This document shows, piece by piece, positions 23,977 through 37,269 of a stretch of DNA of 64,000 bases. The position numbers and the translations under genes are program-made. Numbering within the stretch: position 1 is the first letter of the stretch; the number at the start of each line of letters is the position of its first letter. The stretch is from Octopus bimaculoides. Taxonomy: Eukaryota. The notes under the pieces were generated by a model. The model worked only from the letters and a program-made list of their open reading frames with translations. It ran no database searches and had not been told where the DNA came from. The stretch is taken from the NCBI RefSeq assembly GCF_001194135.2, contig NC_069003.1:22230678-22294677 (forward strand), read 5' to 3'.

Positions 23977-25151
23977 ATATTTTTCTGGATGAAGATACTT
24001 CTTCCATTTAGGGCATTATTCCCTAGGTTTCCAAGTTTTTAATCATACTCTATTTAAGGGATTCCTTTTATTTCTGTATGAAATTGACTCTTCCAATGGT
24101 CATTATGTGTGTGTGTGTGTGTTTCTGTGTTTGTCCCCCACCTCTACTTGGCAACTGGTGTCGGTGTGTTTACACCCCTGTAACTTGGCAGTTCAGCAAA
24201 AAAAAAAAAATGATAGGATAAGTACCTGGTTTAAAAAAAGTAAGTACTTATGTTCAATCATGCAACTAAAATTCTTCAAGGCAGTGCCCCAGCATGGCCA
24301 CAGTCGAATGACTGAAGCAAGTATAAAAATAAAAGAATAAATATATTTTTGACACTGAAAAAATTTTTTTAAATATTTTATCCTTAATTATATTTATGTG
24401 TATATATATGTGTGTGTGTATCTATAAATGTATATGTGTGTGTGTGTGTGTCTATAAATATGTATATGTGTGTGTGTGTATGACTGACTGTCTATCTCTC
24501 TATATATATATATATATATTATTGGAAACAAGTTAAAACAATTGTGTGGAGAGCGACAGTGAAATAGTTTGACCTGAATTATCTTCCCCTGAATTTTGTG
24601 ACGACATAACATCTTTGAAGTGAACGTTCAGTGTTTGGTCCGTCATCTCTCAAAATAGTGTGGTGGAAGCAAACCAGCCAAGTTTGGATTGCTTTTTTTT
24701 ATTCTTTTTTACGGGGGAATATCCCCTAAAGCAACAACAACAACACAAAAACAATTTGATTTCTGCTGTTTTCACAAGGAACAACTTTATTCTTCATTCC
24801 TCACACCTAAACACCATTATTCCCTGCCACACAGTCTTTTGGGTCGTCATCGTCGTTAATGTTGTCATAGCTGCTTCATTTTATTTGTTTTTTCCTTTTT
24901 AAATTATTTATCTTGTTCTCCCATAAGGTACATTAAGAGTTTTCAGTTTATTTCTATTATTACTTCCCGCTGTTTCTCTTGTCTATCTATGTGTTCTGCT
25001 TGTGTATTTAAATCTCTCTCTGTCTCTGTTTATCCATCTTTATCTGTCTACCTTCTTTTCCTCATCTTTCTCTATTTTCTCTCTCTATTTATCTATCTAT
25101 CTTCTCTATTTTATCTCTCTTCTCTGTCTATCTATCTATCTATCTTCTCTG

Positions 25152-25183
<32 letters not shown>

Positions 25184-25184
25184 C

Positions 25185-25216
<32 letters not shown>

Positions 25217-26165
25217 TCTATGTCTATATTTTGTATCTTTCTTTCCCTTTCTGTATCTCTCTTTCTCTACTATCTGTCTATATCTAAATCTGCATTTGTC
25301 TACCTCTATGTAACTATTTGTCTGTCTCTCTGTAAATTGATCTCTTTGTCTCTCTCTCTAAACATCGCAATTTGTTGAAAATAGTTTCTTGATTGTGCTA
25401 AAGGTTCCAGTCCTCGTTCACACGTTAATTTACATCATTTATTTCTTTTGAACTCTCTACATATACATACATGCACATCACACACACACATAACCTTATA
25501 TATATGTATATATATGCACGTGTATATATAACTTAACATATATATTTCCTGGAAATTGATTCTAATCCCCCCCATTCCCACTACTATCATCAACAACAGC
25601 AACGTTGTTTATCAATTCCATTTACTAAATACCTGGACATGTGTTTCCAATGTCGCCCCGTGGGAACGACATGTCTTTCGTTCGTGTGATCGGAAGAGCC
25701 GCGGTGTCTCAATAAAATAAGGATCAGTAATTCGGTAGGGAAATGTGGAGGGCATTCAATTAACATACACACCTTGTGCCTACTAGACAAAAAGCCATCA
25801 TCATCATCGTCGATGTTCTTAGAGCTTGTTGATCTCGATTAGCGAAACCTGAGCTGACGTTCCAACCGTGAATATCTCGTTCTTTTCCTTTTTTTTTTTT
25901 TTTAGACACATCTACGACATAATCCTTATTTAAGACATTGTGTGATTTGAGGGATAGTTCTATGGCTATTCTTTCTAGCCGACCAATTGGCCACAAAAAT
26001 TCCCCTACCTCTCGTGTGGTTTTGTTATATAGGTGCAAGGCTATATAATAATATGAAAGGTTGAATGAGATTACGTGATGTTCATGTCTTTCTATGGGAG
26101 GAGGTATTATCGGCCCTTTTATCAATACATTACCGTTCCTGTACGCTTTTTAAAAGCCTTTGTCG

Positions 26166-26613
26166 CAAACATTCTCAACCTAAGGGTCCCGATATCCTGT
26201 AAGGATCGCAGAAACAAATTGTTTTACTTTAGAAATGATCGACATTTTTGTAAGTTTATCATACAATAAGCAATAAAAAACATAATGATAGCATGTAAAC
26301 AAACAACTGATGAATATTTCCTATGGAAAAATCATCAAAATGTTAAATTCTTGGAATTTATTTTTAAAATAAGTATCGTGGGGAGAGAGTTATTGGTTAC
26401 GGCATATGAACCCCTTTTATTCCCATTTTACTCGAATGGACCCCAACAGCCATTCGATGCTGAAAAAAAATCATATTACATTTTTATAATTAAATATTAT
26501 TAAGTATTGTATAAAAAAAAAATTGTTAAAATATTTTGTGCACAGATAAATTTCAACAAGAAAACCTCGTATGGAACCCTAAGGGCCATATGGACCCCGG
26601 TTGAAAACCAGAT
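26166..26613. mobile_element. Degenerate hAT MITE related to 11926
   Basis: 26500-26610 resembles the reverse complement of 11930-12060; decayed TIRs. Confidence 0.6.
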
Positions 26614-27976
26614 GATTAAGGGGTCGCAACGGAGAAAGGATCGGGCTGGGGAACTGGTGTTTTGTTGGTCAAGGCGGAGGATATTTGTGTACCGTGTATG
26701 CGCACCATAAGTAGATTGATGGTGGCGGCGCGGGAGGGGGTATAAGATTCTGTGTTGTTCATGCTGTTTCCAGAAGCATTAGCTATGTCATTGATGTGGA
26801 AAGATTAAATAAGCTAAAGAATCGAAATTGGGTCTTCGATGTGTGGGTTGCCGGTGGTTTAGTCTATCCTTCCACGTCTGCCTGACGTGTATACAATGCT
26901 TCACGAACGAACAAGGGTGCCAATTCAGAGTTACTCGCTAGACCTGCTAGAAATAACAGTCAATCCCCCAACATACATTATTACATAATGTAATATATTT
27001 GATGTATGCCATTCCCGAGGAAAGATGTGATAGTCATAATGTCTCTTCTCATGGATTTGCCCAGACAGGGCTGACTTAGAGGATTGACAACAACACGATG
27101 CTTAGTGTTCAGAAGGTGTAACAGATCTTGAATATGTGTTGATGGGTTTTCGTTACTACTACTGCCCCGCTTGTATACTGAGATACACCTTAGGTACCCA
27201 GCCACCGACACGAATCCACAAGTAGTCAATTTCAGCGGCTATTAACACTGAAAATTATGGGGTCTTGTATGTTTCTTTGGAGTGAAAGTTTTAGAAATAT
27301 AAACCGAGTATTTTTTAATAGACTCTACTTCCATTAAGTGTACCGTGAGATAAGAGGCAAGTATCGCTCTCTCTCTCTCTCTCTCTCTCCTCACTTTTAC
27401 GGTCCAAAATTCAAATTAGATTCTTTTTAATATGGTTTCACATTCACACGTATGTGTGTCGGTTAATTTCCTAGAAGCTGGAGGTTTTGCTTTTTGCATT
27501 TTTAAATTTGGGTGATTATTTTGTTTTTATTTTTGTTATTTTTTCAACTGAATTTTAGCTTCTTTAATTAGCAATTTATGGCAGCTTCTTAACAAAGGTA
27601 ACAAGTTCAAAGTGGACCCATAGCGAAATTCGAACTCAGATCAAGACAATCCTTCGGTACTCGAGGTTATTCACCCACTCAACCTTTCATCATGACTATA
27701 TATATATATATACGTGAATATATTTTGCATGTATATATTTATACTTACACACATACTAACTTTTACAAGGAAAACGTTGATAGTGACTTCAAAATTTCTG
27801 CTTGTTCACTTTCGTCAGACTTATCCTTATAAAAGTTCATAAACATGTACTCTAATAAAAAGTACTGACTAATCAATCATTCAGTTTAATGTTAAATTGC
27901 TTTTGTATATAAATTTCACACATTTATATATATTGTCGCAAATCGTGCTATACGAATTTACTTTCAATATACATAA

Positions 27977-28055
<79 letters not shown>

Positions 28056-28368
28056 TTTACATGTAAATGTTGTGCATGTATATATATTTAGATACATACA
28101 AACATCTGTAAATTTCTACTTATAATTACTAATGTTACGACTACACGTTCTAAAACGAAAGAGCCACAACATGGTCGGCTGGGTTGTTAGACATAGCAGT
28201 TACATTTCAATGCAAATCGGAACATCTGAGAATACAATCCTATATATATATATATACTTATGGCCGTTAGTGAGTGACCATTGATTTCGCAACTATAAAG
28301 TTCTTAGCGGCGTATAGATGAATTCTCAGGCTCGATGGTCTGGGGCACAATGGTATTCCTGAGAGGGA

Positions 28369-28419
<51 letters not shown>

Positions 28420-30968
28420 AGTGATTTTTTGGTCTGTTCGATCAGTGCAGACATGCGGTCAAAACTATTACTACTTCGATTTCATATCGATATCGGATTT
28501 CAGGGGTCGGACATTCGAGTCTTCGCGTTTTTGTGGTTCAACCCCGGCTGGAGTCATATTAACTTTGCCTTTCATGTCTATCCGCATCCCTCCACTTCTT
28601 GCTCTCAGGGTAGTCGGGCACACACACGCACACACATTTTTTACGGTCCAAATTTTAAAAAAAATTATCATTGTTGGTTAGTTCCTTCTGCTGTTTGGTT
28701 TTAATTTGGACAATTAATTGTATTTTTGATTTATTTTGAGAATTTTAGCTTCGTAATTGATTTTAAAGGCGAATGCGTCTGACGTAATGCCAATTAGATC
28801 TATACCTTTAAAAAACGGTAAATGACGTCGTCTCCTCGCACCGACATTTGGTAAACCAATACCAAAATATTGCTATATATATATATATATATATTTCACC
28901 ACGTGTGTGTGTGTGTGTATATATACATACATATACACTCACTGTTTATCAACACACCGAAACTATTTACTCGCTACTAATTCTCTGTCTGTGGCCGGCT
29001 TAGAATAATCTGGGACGACGTTAGCACAACCATGTGTTTTTATTCCAGTATTTCAAAACATACTTAAAATAACTATACTAAATATTGTTAGGATCCGTGA
29101 GGCGAGGTGAACCTTTCATTTATTTATAATTTTGGTATTAGGGGATAAACCAATTATTGACAGGTGCACGAGAACCTGTTAGGGACAAATCTGAGCTAAG
29201 GAAAAGAAAAATATAATGAATCGTTAACTTTTTTTACAAATTCGTAATTATACAATTTATTGATTCATTAAATTACAGTTTATTTTTTATATGGAGTTTT
29301 AGATTCGAATTAGATTGCAACCGAGGGCTTCGTGAAACTCTGAAGCACACACACACACACACACACACGTCCTATTAAGGGTGTCGTACTCAACGTAGAA
29401 GCCTCTTTGGTTTCTGGGCCTACACAAGTTTTTCGATGAATTGCTCGGACGATAAGTAATACATATTTTCTCATAATAGCGGGTTGCAGGATCGTAGCTG
29501 ATCTGATTGGGTGGACCTGTGGGTAGGACCCTAAGCTACTCAAAACAGCGACAGGATACATGAATTTTCGGCATTCGTTTGTATGTGGATTTTAAAAAGG
29601 GCTTTCTTCGTTTATTATTCCGCGAAAGGGGTGAGAGAAAGACTGTCTTCTGTTTGTATTTTGAACGTCCACAGATTCAGAATTTGAAAGAAAAAAATTC
29701 TTTTAAAAATTTCTTTTTAAATAATTGAAGATTGACTTTGTATTTGTTTTTTTTTTTGTTTTTTTTTTAATCTGTTTACGAATGTAGCGAGTACTTGCGC
29801 GCGCGCGCTTTTTATCTTGTGCGTGTTTCAGTCATTAGACTGCGGCCTTGCTAGGGAACCGCCTTGAAGGATTTTAGTCGAATGGATCTTCCCCTGTACT
29901 TATTTTTTTTTTAAAGTCTGGTACTTATTCTATCGAATCACTAAATTACGAGGACGTAAACACACCAACACCGGTTGTCAAACGGGGCGGAGAGTAACAT
30001 ATACATACATACAGACAGACAACATAAATACATGTGTATACATATGTAATATATATATATATATATAAACATAATTAAGGGATCATCAAATATTTGGTTC
30101 ACCATATACCGAAGTTCAGAAATAGCAGCTAAAATATATATATATAATGTAAGAAAGTTAGGGGTTGAGGATTCAACCCACTAAGGGACCCGGTTGTCAA
30201 AATAACATGGTTTGTTATAAACACCTGTACTTTGTGGGGTTTTTTTTTTTTTGTCACTTTAGCTATGAATTAAATTAATGAATTCAACGGGATACACTGT
30301 CTGCAAGTAGTTGGGTTCAGCATATTATCCTCCATTTTCTAATTGATATATATATAATGTATATACTGCGAGTTTCATTGAGTTTCCATCTACCAAGTCC
30401 TTACACAAGGCTCTGGTTACTCCAAAGTATCATGCAGTGGGACTGAACCCAAAGCTATGTGGTTGGAAACCAAGTTTCTTCCCACACACCCACGTTTTAC
30501 GCACACACACACACGCACGCACGCGCACATATAATGTTTCTGTATGAAGTTATATATAAATAATAGCTGATGGATCACTCAGTCGTTTTTAATAGCGCAC
30601 TTATTCATTTTAAAAGCTAAATTTTGCCAGTGATTTTGAAGTTTCAGTTTATTTAATTATTGGTTTCTCTTACAAGGTGGCACATAGCTTAGTGGTTAGT
30701 TTGTTGGATTCATAATCATAAGGTTATGCTTTTGATTCCTAGAGTGGACGTTGCTTTGTTTTCTTGAGCAAAACACTTCATTTCACATTACTCCAGTCCA
30801 CTCAGCTAGCAAAAGTGAGTAATCCTGTGATGAACTTGCATCCCGTCCAGTGGGAGAAATATATACACCATGGAACGCAGGAAATCAGTCCTCTGAGTGT
30901 ATGTGACTGGAAGGATCTTTATCCTTATCTTATCCTTGCAAGATTTGTACTCTTGCATTCTACGAACT

Positions 30969-31308
30969 ACATGGTTCTGGGTTCAGTCCTACTGCGTGGC
31001 ACCTAGGGCAAGTGTCTTCTACTATAGCCTCGGGCCAACCAAAGCCTTGTGAGTGGATTTGGTAGACAGAAACTGAAAGAAGCCCGTCATATATATGTGT
31101 ATGTGTGTGTGTATATGTTTGCCCCCCCAACATCGCTTGACAACCGGTGCTGGTGTGTTTACGTCCCCCGTAACTTAGCGGTTCAGCAAAAGAGACCGAT
31201 AGAATAAGTACTAGGCTTACAAAGAATAAGCTCTGGGGGTCGACTTGCTCGACTAGAGGCAGTGCTCCAGCATGGCCGCAGTCAAATGACTGAAACAAGT
31301 AAAAGAGT
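30969..31308 (+). mobile_element. SINE family A copy, 5'-truncated
   Basis: Matches 5545-5927. Confidence 0.85.
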
Positions 31309-32850
31309 ATATTACATACTAAAAATGTTTCTTCTAATCCCTTCCTCTTAAAATGAATTCCCCCAAGGAAACTTCTGTACCTGTGACCCTGTATGGGTCA
31401 TTCAACATTACATTATTAAGTATATTAATGTACCCTTACAAAGTGAACTATATAGTGAAGGTGTGTGGCTTAGTGGTTAGTGTAATTGGCTCACAATTGT
31501 AAGGTTGTGAGTTCAGTTCCCATGGCGTGTTGTATTTTTGCTCCAGTCCACTCAGCTGGCAAAAATGAATTGTACCTGTAATTCAAAGGGTCAGTCATGT
31601 CACATTCTGTGTTATACTGAATCTCTCTGAGAACTGCATTAAGGGTACGTGTGTCTGTGGAGTGCTCAGCCACTTGCACATTAATTTCATGAGCAGGCTG
31701 TTCCGTTGATCGGATCAACTGGAACCCTCATCATCATAACTGACAGCGTGCCGGTTATACTCTTATGCGATGTATTACTGGGTACCTAACTTTAATTGCT
31801 GTTTCTAACGGTCCTCCTCCTACAATCATCACCATTATCATTTAATGTTTGTTTTCTATGCTGGCAAGGGTTGGATGGTTTGTCAGGATCCTATGATCTA
31901 CTGNNNNNNNNNNGGTTTGTCAGGATCCTATGATCTACTGGGCTGTTTCAGGCCCTAATGTCAACTTTGGCTTGATTTCTACCGATGGTTGCTCTTCTTC
32001 TTATCAGCCATTTCACAGAGTGTGCCATGTTCTTTTATGGCACCAGCACTAGTGAGGTCACCAAGGTAAAGAAAAGAATCCCTTCAACTGAATGGGAGTA
32101 CATTTGAGGGACAGGCAAGGGGCTTTATGCCAGGTGTTGAAGGCTAAAGTATGATAATGGGACAAGCGTGGCCAACCTACATTATGTAGGTTGTGTATCT
32201 CCTCTATAACAAGACGTGTGTGTCTTGTAATAGAGAAGATACACAGCCCATATAATGTGGGAGATATGTGTGTGTATGTTTGTATAAGGTAACTGAATAG
32301 ACATGACATGGTGACAGAGAGCTGGTCAAAACCCTACTGTAATTGGAAATCCAAGCACATGGGAGGGAGGGTGTACTGTTAGCCATCTTATTTCCACATT
32401 CTACTTTAAAATATATCTCTCTCACATACACACACACACACACACATACTTATCTTTATATTGAAAACCTGTGTGAAACTCTTTTCCTGGAAAGCTGTGT
32501 CAAGTAGTGTCACATCCTGTCAATAAAGCTATGTCTGTTGTTTAGCATGGAACCTTTTCCTAATCTAGTAGAACTGTGGTTCAGTGCCATTAAAAGCCAT
32601 TCATATTATTATTATTATTATTTGAATGAGCTGGCAGAATCATGAGTACTTTAGGCAAAATACTTAGTGGTATTTCCTCTAATTTCTCTTTACATTCTGA
32701 GTTCAAATTCTGCCTAAATCAACTTTGCTTTTCATCTTTTGGGGGTCAATAAAATGAGTTGATGTAATCGATTTACCCCCTGCGCCAAAATTAGTAACCA
32801 TGTGCCAAAATTTGAAACCATTATTATTATTATTATTTGTACTTTAGATT

Positions 32851-33184
32851 TGTGAAGGCTCAGTGGTCAGAGCGTCGAACTTACGACCGTGAGGTTGTGG
32901 GTTCGAATCCCGGACCGGGCTGCGTGTTGTGTTCTTGAGCAAGACACTTTATTTCATGTTGCTCTAGTTCACCCAGCTGTAGAAATGAGTTGTGACGTTA
33001 CAAGTGCCAAGCTGTATCAGCCCCTTTGCCTTTCCCTTGGATAACACCGGTGGCATGGAGAGGGGAGGCTGGTATGCATGGGTGACTGCTGGTCTTCCAT
33101 AAACAACCTTGCCCAGACTTGTGCCTGGGAGGGTAACTTTCTAGGTGCAATCCCATGGTTATTCATGACCGAAAGGGGTCTCCG
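32851..33184 (+). mobile_element. tRNA-derived SINE family D
   Basis: TSD ACTTTAGATT (32841-32850 and 33185-33194); B-box ggttcgaatcc; CORE-like ttgagcaagacactt. Confidence 0.9.
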
Positions 33185-33383
33185 ACTTTAGATTCTGAAA
33201 TCAAATTCTGCTGAAGTCAACTTATCTCCTAAAATTATTGTCCTTGTACCAAAATACTGATCATCACCAACTATTTCTGTTAACTTTCTCAGAATGATGT
33301 TATTTCTCTGTCTGGTGGTGAGCAGGTGGGTGGATGTATAAAAGAACAAACTTTAACCCTTTTATTATATTTTTGTTGAAATA

Positions 33384-33681
33384 CAGGGTGTCCACAAAGT
33401 CTGGGTACATGGGGATTAACCCCATACTTTAAGAAATAATAATTTCTTATATTTAATTGTTTATGCTATGATTTTATTTACTCCATCTACCCACATGGAG
33501 ATTAACACATACTTTAAGAAATTATTATTTCTTATATTTAATTGTTTATGCTATGATTTTATTTACTCCATGTACCCACATGGGGATTAACACATACTTT
33601 AAGAATTTATTATTTCTTATATTTAATTGTTTATGTCATGATTTTATTTACTCCATGTAACCAGACATTGTGGACACCTTG
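33384..33681. mobile_element. Tc1/mariner MITE with three internal tandem units
   Basis: TA TSD; TIR CAGGGTGTCCACAAAGTCTGGGTACATGG. Confidence 0.88.
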
Positions 33682-33947
33682 TACATTGCTTTTGTTTGAG
33701 TTAATTTTGAAAACTATGAAGAATTTAGTAAAATATTTTTGTCACTATTAAGCTGGTGTTAGGAACATAAATTAACATGAAATTTTTATGGAAGGTTTTG
33801 ATTTAGATCACTTTAAAATAGGAAGTTTGTATCATAGAACTGGGGTCACTCTCAGCTGAGTTACAGGACACATAGACTGATAACAAATTACGGGGTGGGA
33901 GCGCTAAGCAGTGATGTGTATAAATGTAATGTTGTTACTAGTTTGAA

Positions 33948-34317
33948 GTGGAGGTGCAATGGCCCAGTGGTTAGGGCAGTGGACTCGCGGTTTCGATTTC
34001 CCAGAAGTGAGTGTTTATTGAGCGAAAACACCTAAAGTTCCATGAGGCTCTGGCAGGGGATGGTGGCGAACCCTGCTGTACTCTTCCACCACAACTTTCT
34101 CTCACTCTTTCCCCCTGTTTCTGTTGTGCCTGTAGTTCAAAGGGTCAGCCTTGTCACACTGTGTCACACTGAATATCCCCGAGAACTACGTTAAGGGTAC
34201 ACGTGTCTGTGGAGTGCTCAGCCACTTGCACGTTAATTTCACGAGCAGGCTGTTCCGTTGATCGTATCAGCTGGAACCCTCGACGTCGTAAGCGACGGAG
34301 TGCCAACAACAACAACA
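33948..34317 (+). mobile_element. tRNA-derived SINE family C with (CAA)n tail
   Basis: Perfect 12-bp TSD TACTAGTTTGAA (33936-33947 and 34318-34329); tRNA-like head tggcccagtggttagggcag. Confidence 0.9.
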
Positions 34318-34423
34318 TACTAGTTTGAATATTCCAGTGGCAAGTTCAAACTCCTTGACAAGCCATTCACTGTGATGTGTCATGGAGAAAATTTCTCACT
34401 GTAGACAAATGGTGTCACAAATA

Positions 34424-35200
34424 TTTAACCCTTTTGTTACTATACTTCGATTAAAATAAGCTGTTTTTGTTTCAAATAATGAAGAATTTAGTAAAATAAC
34501 TTTGTCATTAAGCTGATGTTTGGAACATTATTTAACGGAATTTTGAGAGAAGGTTTTGGATCACTCTAACCTTTTTGTTACCATATTTCTGTTGAAATGT
34601 GCTGCCTTTGTCTTAATTAATTTTGAAAATAATGAAGAATTTTAGTAAAATAACTTTATCCTTATTTAGCTGGCATTTGTAACCTAACTTAAACCGAAAT
34701 TTAGATAGTAGGTTTTAATTTAGATCAGTTTAACCTATTTGTTACCATAATTCTGTTGAAAGACATTGGATTTGTTTCAATTAATTTTTAAAGTAATGAA
34801 GAATTTAACTTTGACATTATTATTTTGATGTTTGGGACATAAACTAACATGAAATTTTGATGGAAGGTTTTAGTTTAAATCAGTTTAACCCACTTGTTAC
34901 CATAATTCTGTTGAAAGACAATGGGTTTGTTTCAATTAATTTTAAAAATAAGTTAGTAAAATAACTATGTCGTTATTATTAAGCTGTTTGGAATCTAACT
35001 TAACGTGAAATTTTGGTAGAAGGTTTTAATATAGATCACTTGAAAACAAGACATTTGTGTCATAGAACCAGGAGCAGTCTCAGGTGGCTTGGCATCAAAA
35101 TAGTTAACCCATTTGTTTCTATATTTCTGTGTTAACACACTGTGTTTATTTGAATTAAATTTGAAAATAATTATGAATTTAGTAAAATAACTTTGTCGTT
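34424..35200 (+). mobile_element. Head-to-tail array of an AT-rich TTAA-bounded element (five unit starts)
   Basis: Units start TTAACCCTTTTGTTACCATATTTCTGTTGAAA-like at about 34424, 34567, 34730, 34885 and 35105; other copies at 16785, 33354, 43320-44483 and 63770. Confidence 0.7.
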
Positions 35201-36192
35201 ATTATATTACTGAATATGGCTGCAAACTGGCAAAATCACGCTGGGAAAATTGCTTAGCAACATTTCATCCGTCTTTGCATTCTGAGTTCAAATTCCACCG
35301 AGTTTGACTTTGCCTTTTATCCTTTCAGGGCTAGATCAAACAAGTACCAGTCATGTACTGGGGTTGATGTAACTGACTAGCCCCTTCCTCCAAAATTTCA
35401 GGCCTTATACCTATAGTAGAAAGGATTATTATGTTAGTGAATGGAACATAAATTACTCTGAAATTTCGATGGAATGTTTTGATTTAGATTGAGTGAATTT
35501 GTATCATAAGTTCAAGGGTGGTCACAGGCAGGTTGGTACCAAAATCACTGTAGAAAAAGTAAAATCTTGTCTCACTCACCGCATACATTTCTGGATGATG
35601 ATATAATTGTAAGAAAGTAATTCACAAATGGAAATAATTTGCCTAGATAGTGTGAAGTATAAATTGTGATGTTGACAAAATCTTTGCATATCTGTGTGTG
35701 TGTGTGTGTGTATATNNNNNNNNNNATATATATACACACACACACACACACAACCGTTGTTATTTGTTTTGTATACACAACACTATTTGAACCAATCAGC
35801 AATGAAAGGAGTGTTCCACTGGTAACTATCCTGTTTAGTTATTTGTGTCTAGGATTACATCAAAATGAAGGTACATAACTGAGTAGTTAGGGCTTTAAAC
35901 TATTAATTAGAAGATCATAGGTTCAGCTTTTGGACCAAGTGAAAGACTTTGCATCCTCGAGCAAGGCATTATATTTCACATTGCGTCAGCCCACACTGTC
36001 ATCACCACCACCAATGACTGTTGGGGGTTTAACTCTGTAATAGGCTATTGTCCCCTTAAACCCTTTGGAAATTTTGGGGTAAGCTCTAGCATAATAGAGC
36101 ATAAATTTTAACTTTCAACTTTTTTTTGTTTTTAAGATAAGGTGTGACTTGGAGGAAAAGCAAGGTGGATGTTAAAATGATGATTTATATAA

Positions 36193-36354
36193 GGCGTAGG
36201 AGTGGCTGTGTGGTAAGTAGCTTGCTTACCAACCACATGTTTCCGGGTTCAGTCCCACTGCGTGGCACCTTGGGAAAGTGTCTTCTACTATAGCCTCGGG
36301 CCGACCAAAGCCTTGTGAGTGGATTTGGTAGACGGAAAATGAAAGAAGCCCGTC

Positions 36355-36360
<6 letters not shown>
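36193..36360 (+). mobile_element. SINE family A, 5' half, followed by a gap
   Basis: Matches 5545-5710. Confidence 0.8.
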
Positions 36361-36386
<26 letters not shown>

Positions 36387-36729
36387 NNNNNNNNNNNNNN
36401 NNNNNNNNNNNNNNNNNNNNNNNNNNNNNNNNNNNNNNNNNNNNNNNNNNNNNNNNNNNNNNNNNNNNNNNNNNNNNNNNNNNNNNNNNNNNNNNNNNNN
36501 NNNNNNNNNNNNNNNNNNNNNNNNNNNNNNNNNNNNNNNNNNNNNNNNNNNNNNNNNNNNNNNNNNNNNNNNNNNNNNNNNNNNNNNNNNNNNNNNNNNN
36601 NNNNNNNNNNNNNNNNNNNNNNNNNNNNNNNNNNNNNNNNNNNNNNNNNNNNNNNNNNNNNNNNNNNNNNNNNNNNNNNNNNNNNNNNNNNNNNNNNNNN
36701 NNNNNNATATATATATATATATATACATA

Positions 36730-36945
36730 CAAGGGGGTACTGAAAAGTTCCTGGCTTTGGGTAAAAGAAAATACAGGAGGATCAGTTAATTATGATTTTA
36801 TTCAACATATTCCCCTCTCAGATTCACTCACTTATTGCAGTGTTCCTTCAGTTTTTGTAAGCCCTGTAAAAGAACTCGGAAGCTAGGCCTCTAACAAGGC
36901 TTTTCTTGAGACCTTTAAAGCCACAAACTTTTCGGCACCCCCTCC
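36730..36945. mobile_element. mariner-type MITE
   Basis: TA-flanked imperfect TIRs CAAGGGGGTACTGAAAAGTT / AACTTTTCGGCACCCCCTCC. Confidence 0.75.
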
Positions 36946-37269
36946 TACATCTGCATTTCCATGTGAGTAGTATGGGGGTTCAGTAGTTTTTGTGAGGTTG
37001 TGTTTTACAGCCTGATATGCTTCCTGTTGCCAACTGGTAATCATCTCTTAAGACATGCTGGGACACAGTGTAGCTATTCTAGGGGCAGTGGATTTGCAGA
37101 ATTTGGAAAGAGATGGACAAAATACCTTGCAGCATTTATTCACATCCCTTTACATTCTTGATTCAAATCTCCTTTCAACCCTATAAGGTTGATAAAGGAC
37201 CAGTGAATTATTAAGTCAATATTATTTGATGTTCAGTTATGTGGGTGCTGGTACCTCATCAAAAACACT

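Noticed and set aside
25688-25699. GATCGGAAGAGC, matching the Illumina adapter core
   Set aside because: Only 12 nt match and the flanks do not continue any adapter; probably chance, though contamination is not fully excluded.
29594-29700. U11 snRNA-like start AAAAAGGGCTT
   Set aside because: No convincing U11 stems or Sm site downstream; an Rfam scan would settle it.
31877-31940. 27-bp direct repeat
   Set aside because: Flanks a 10-N gap; assembly overlap artefact.
32851-32925. tRNA genes (also 23211, 33948, 43641 and 5545)
   Set aside because: The tRNA-like A/B boxes continue into SINE bodies, several with TSDs; I could not build a complete cloverleaf.
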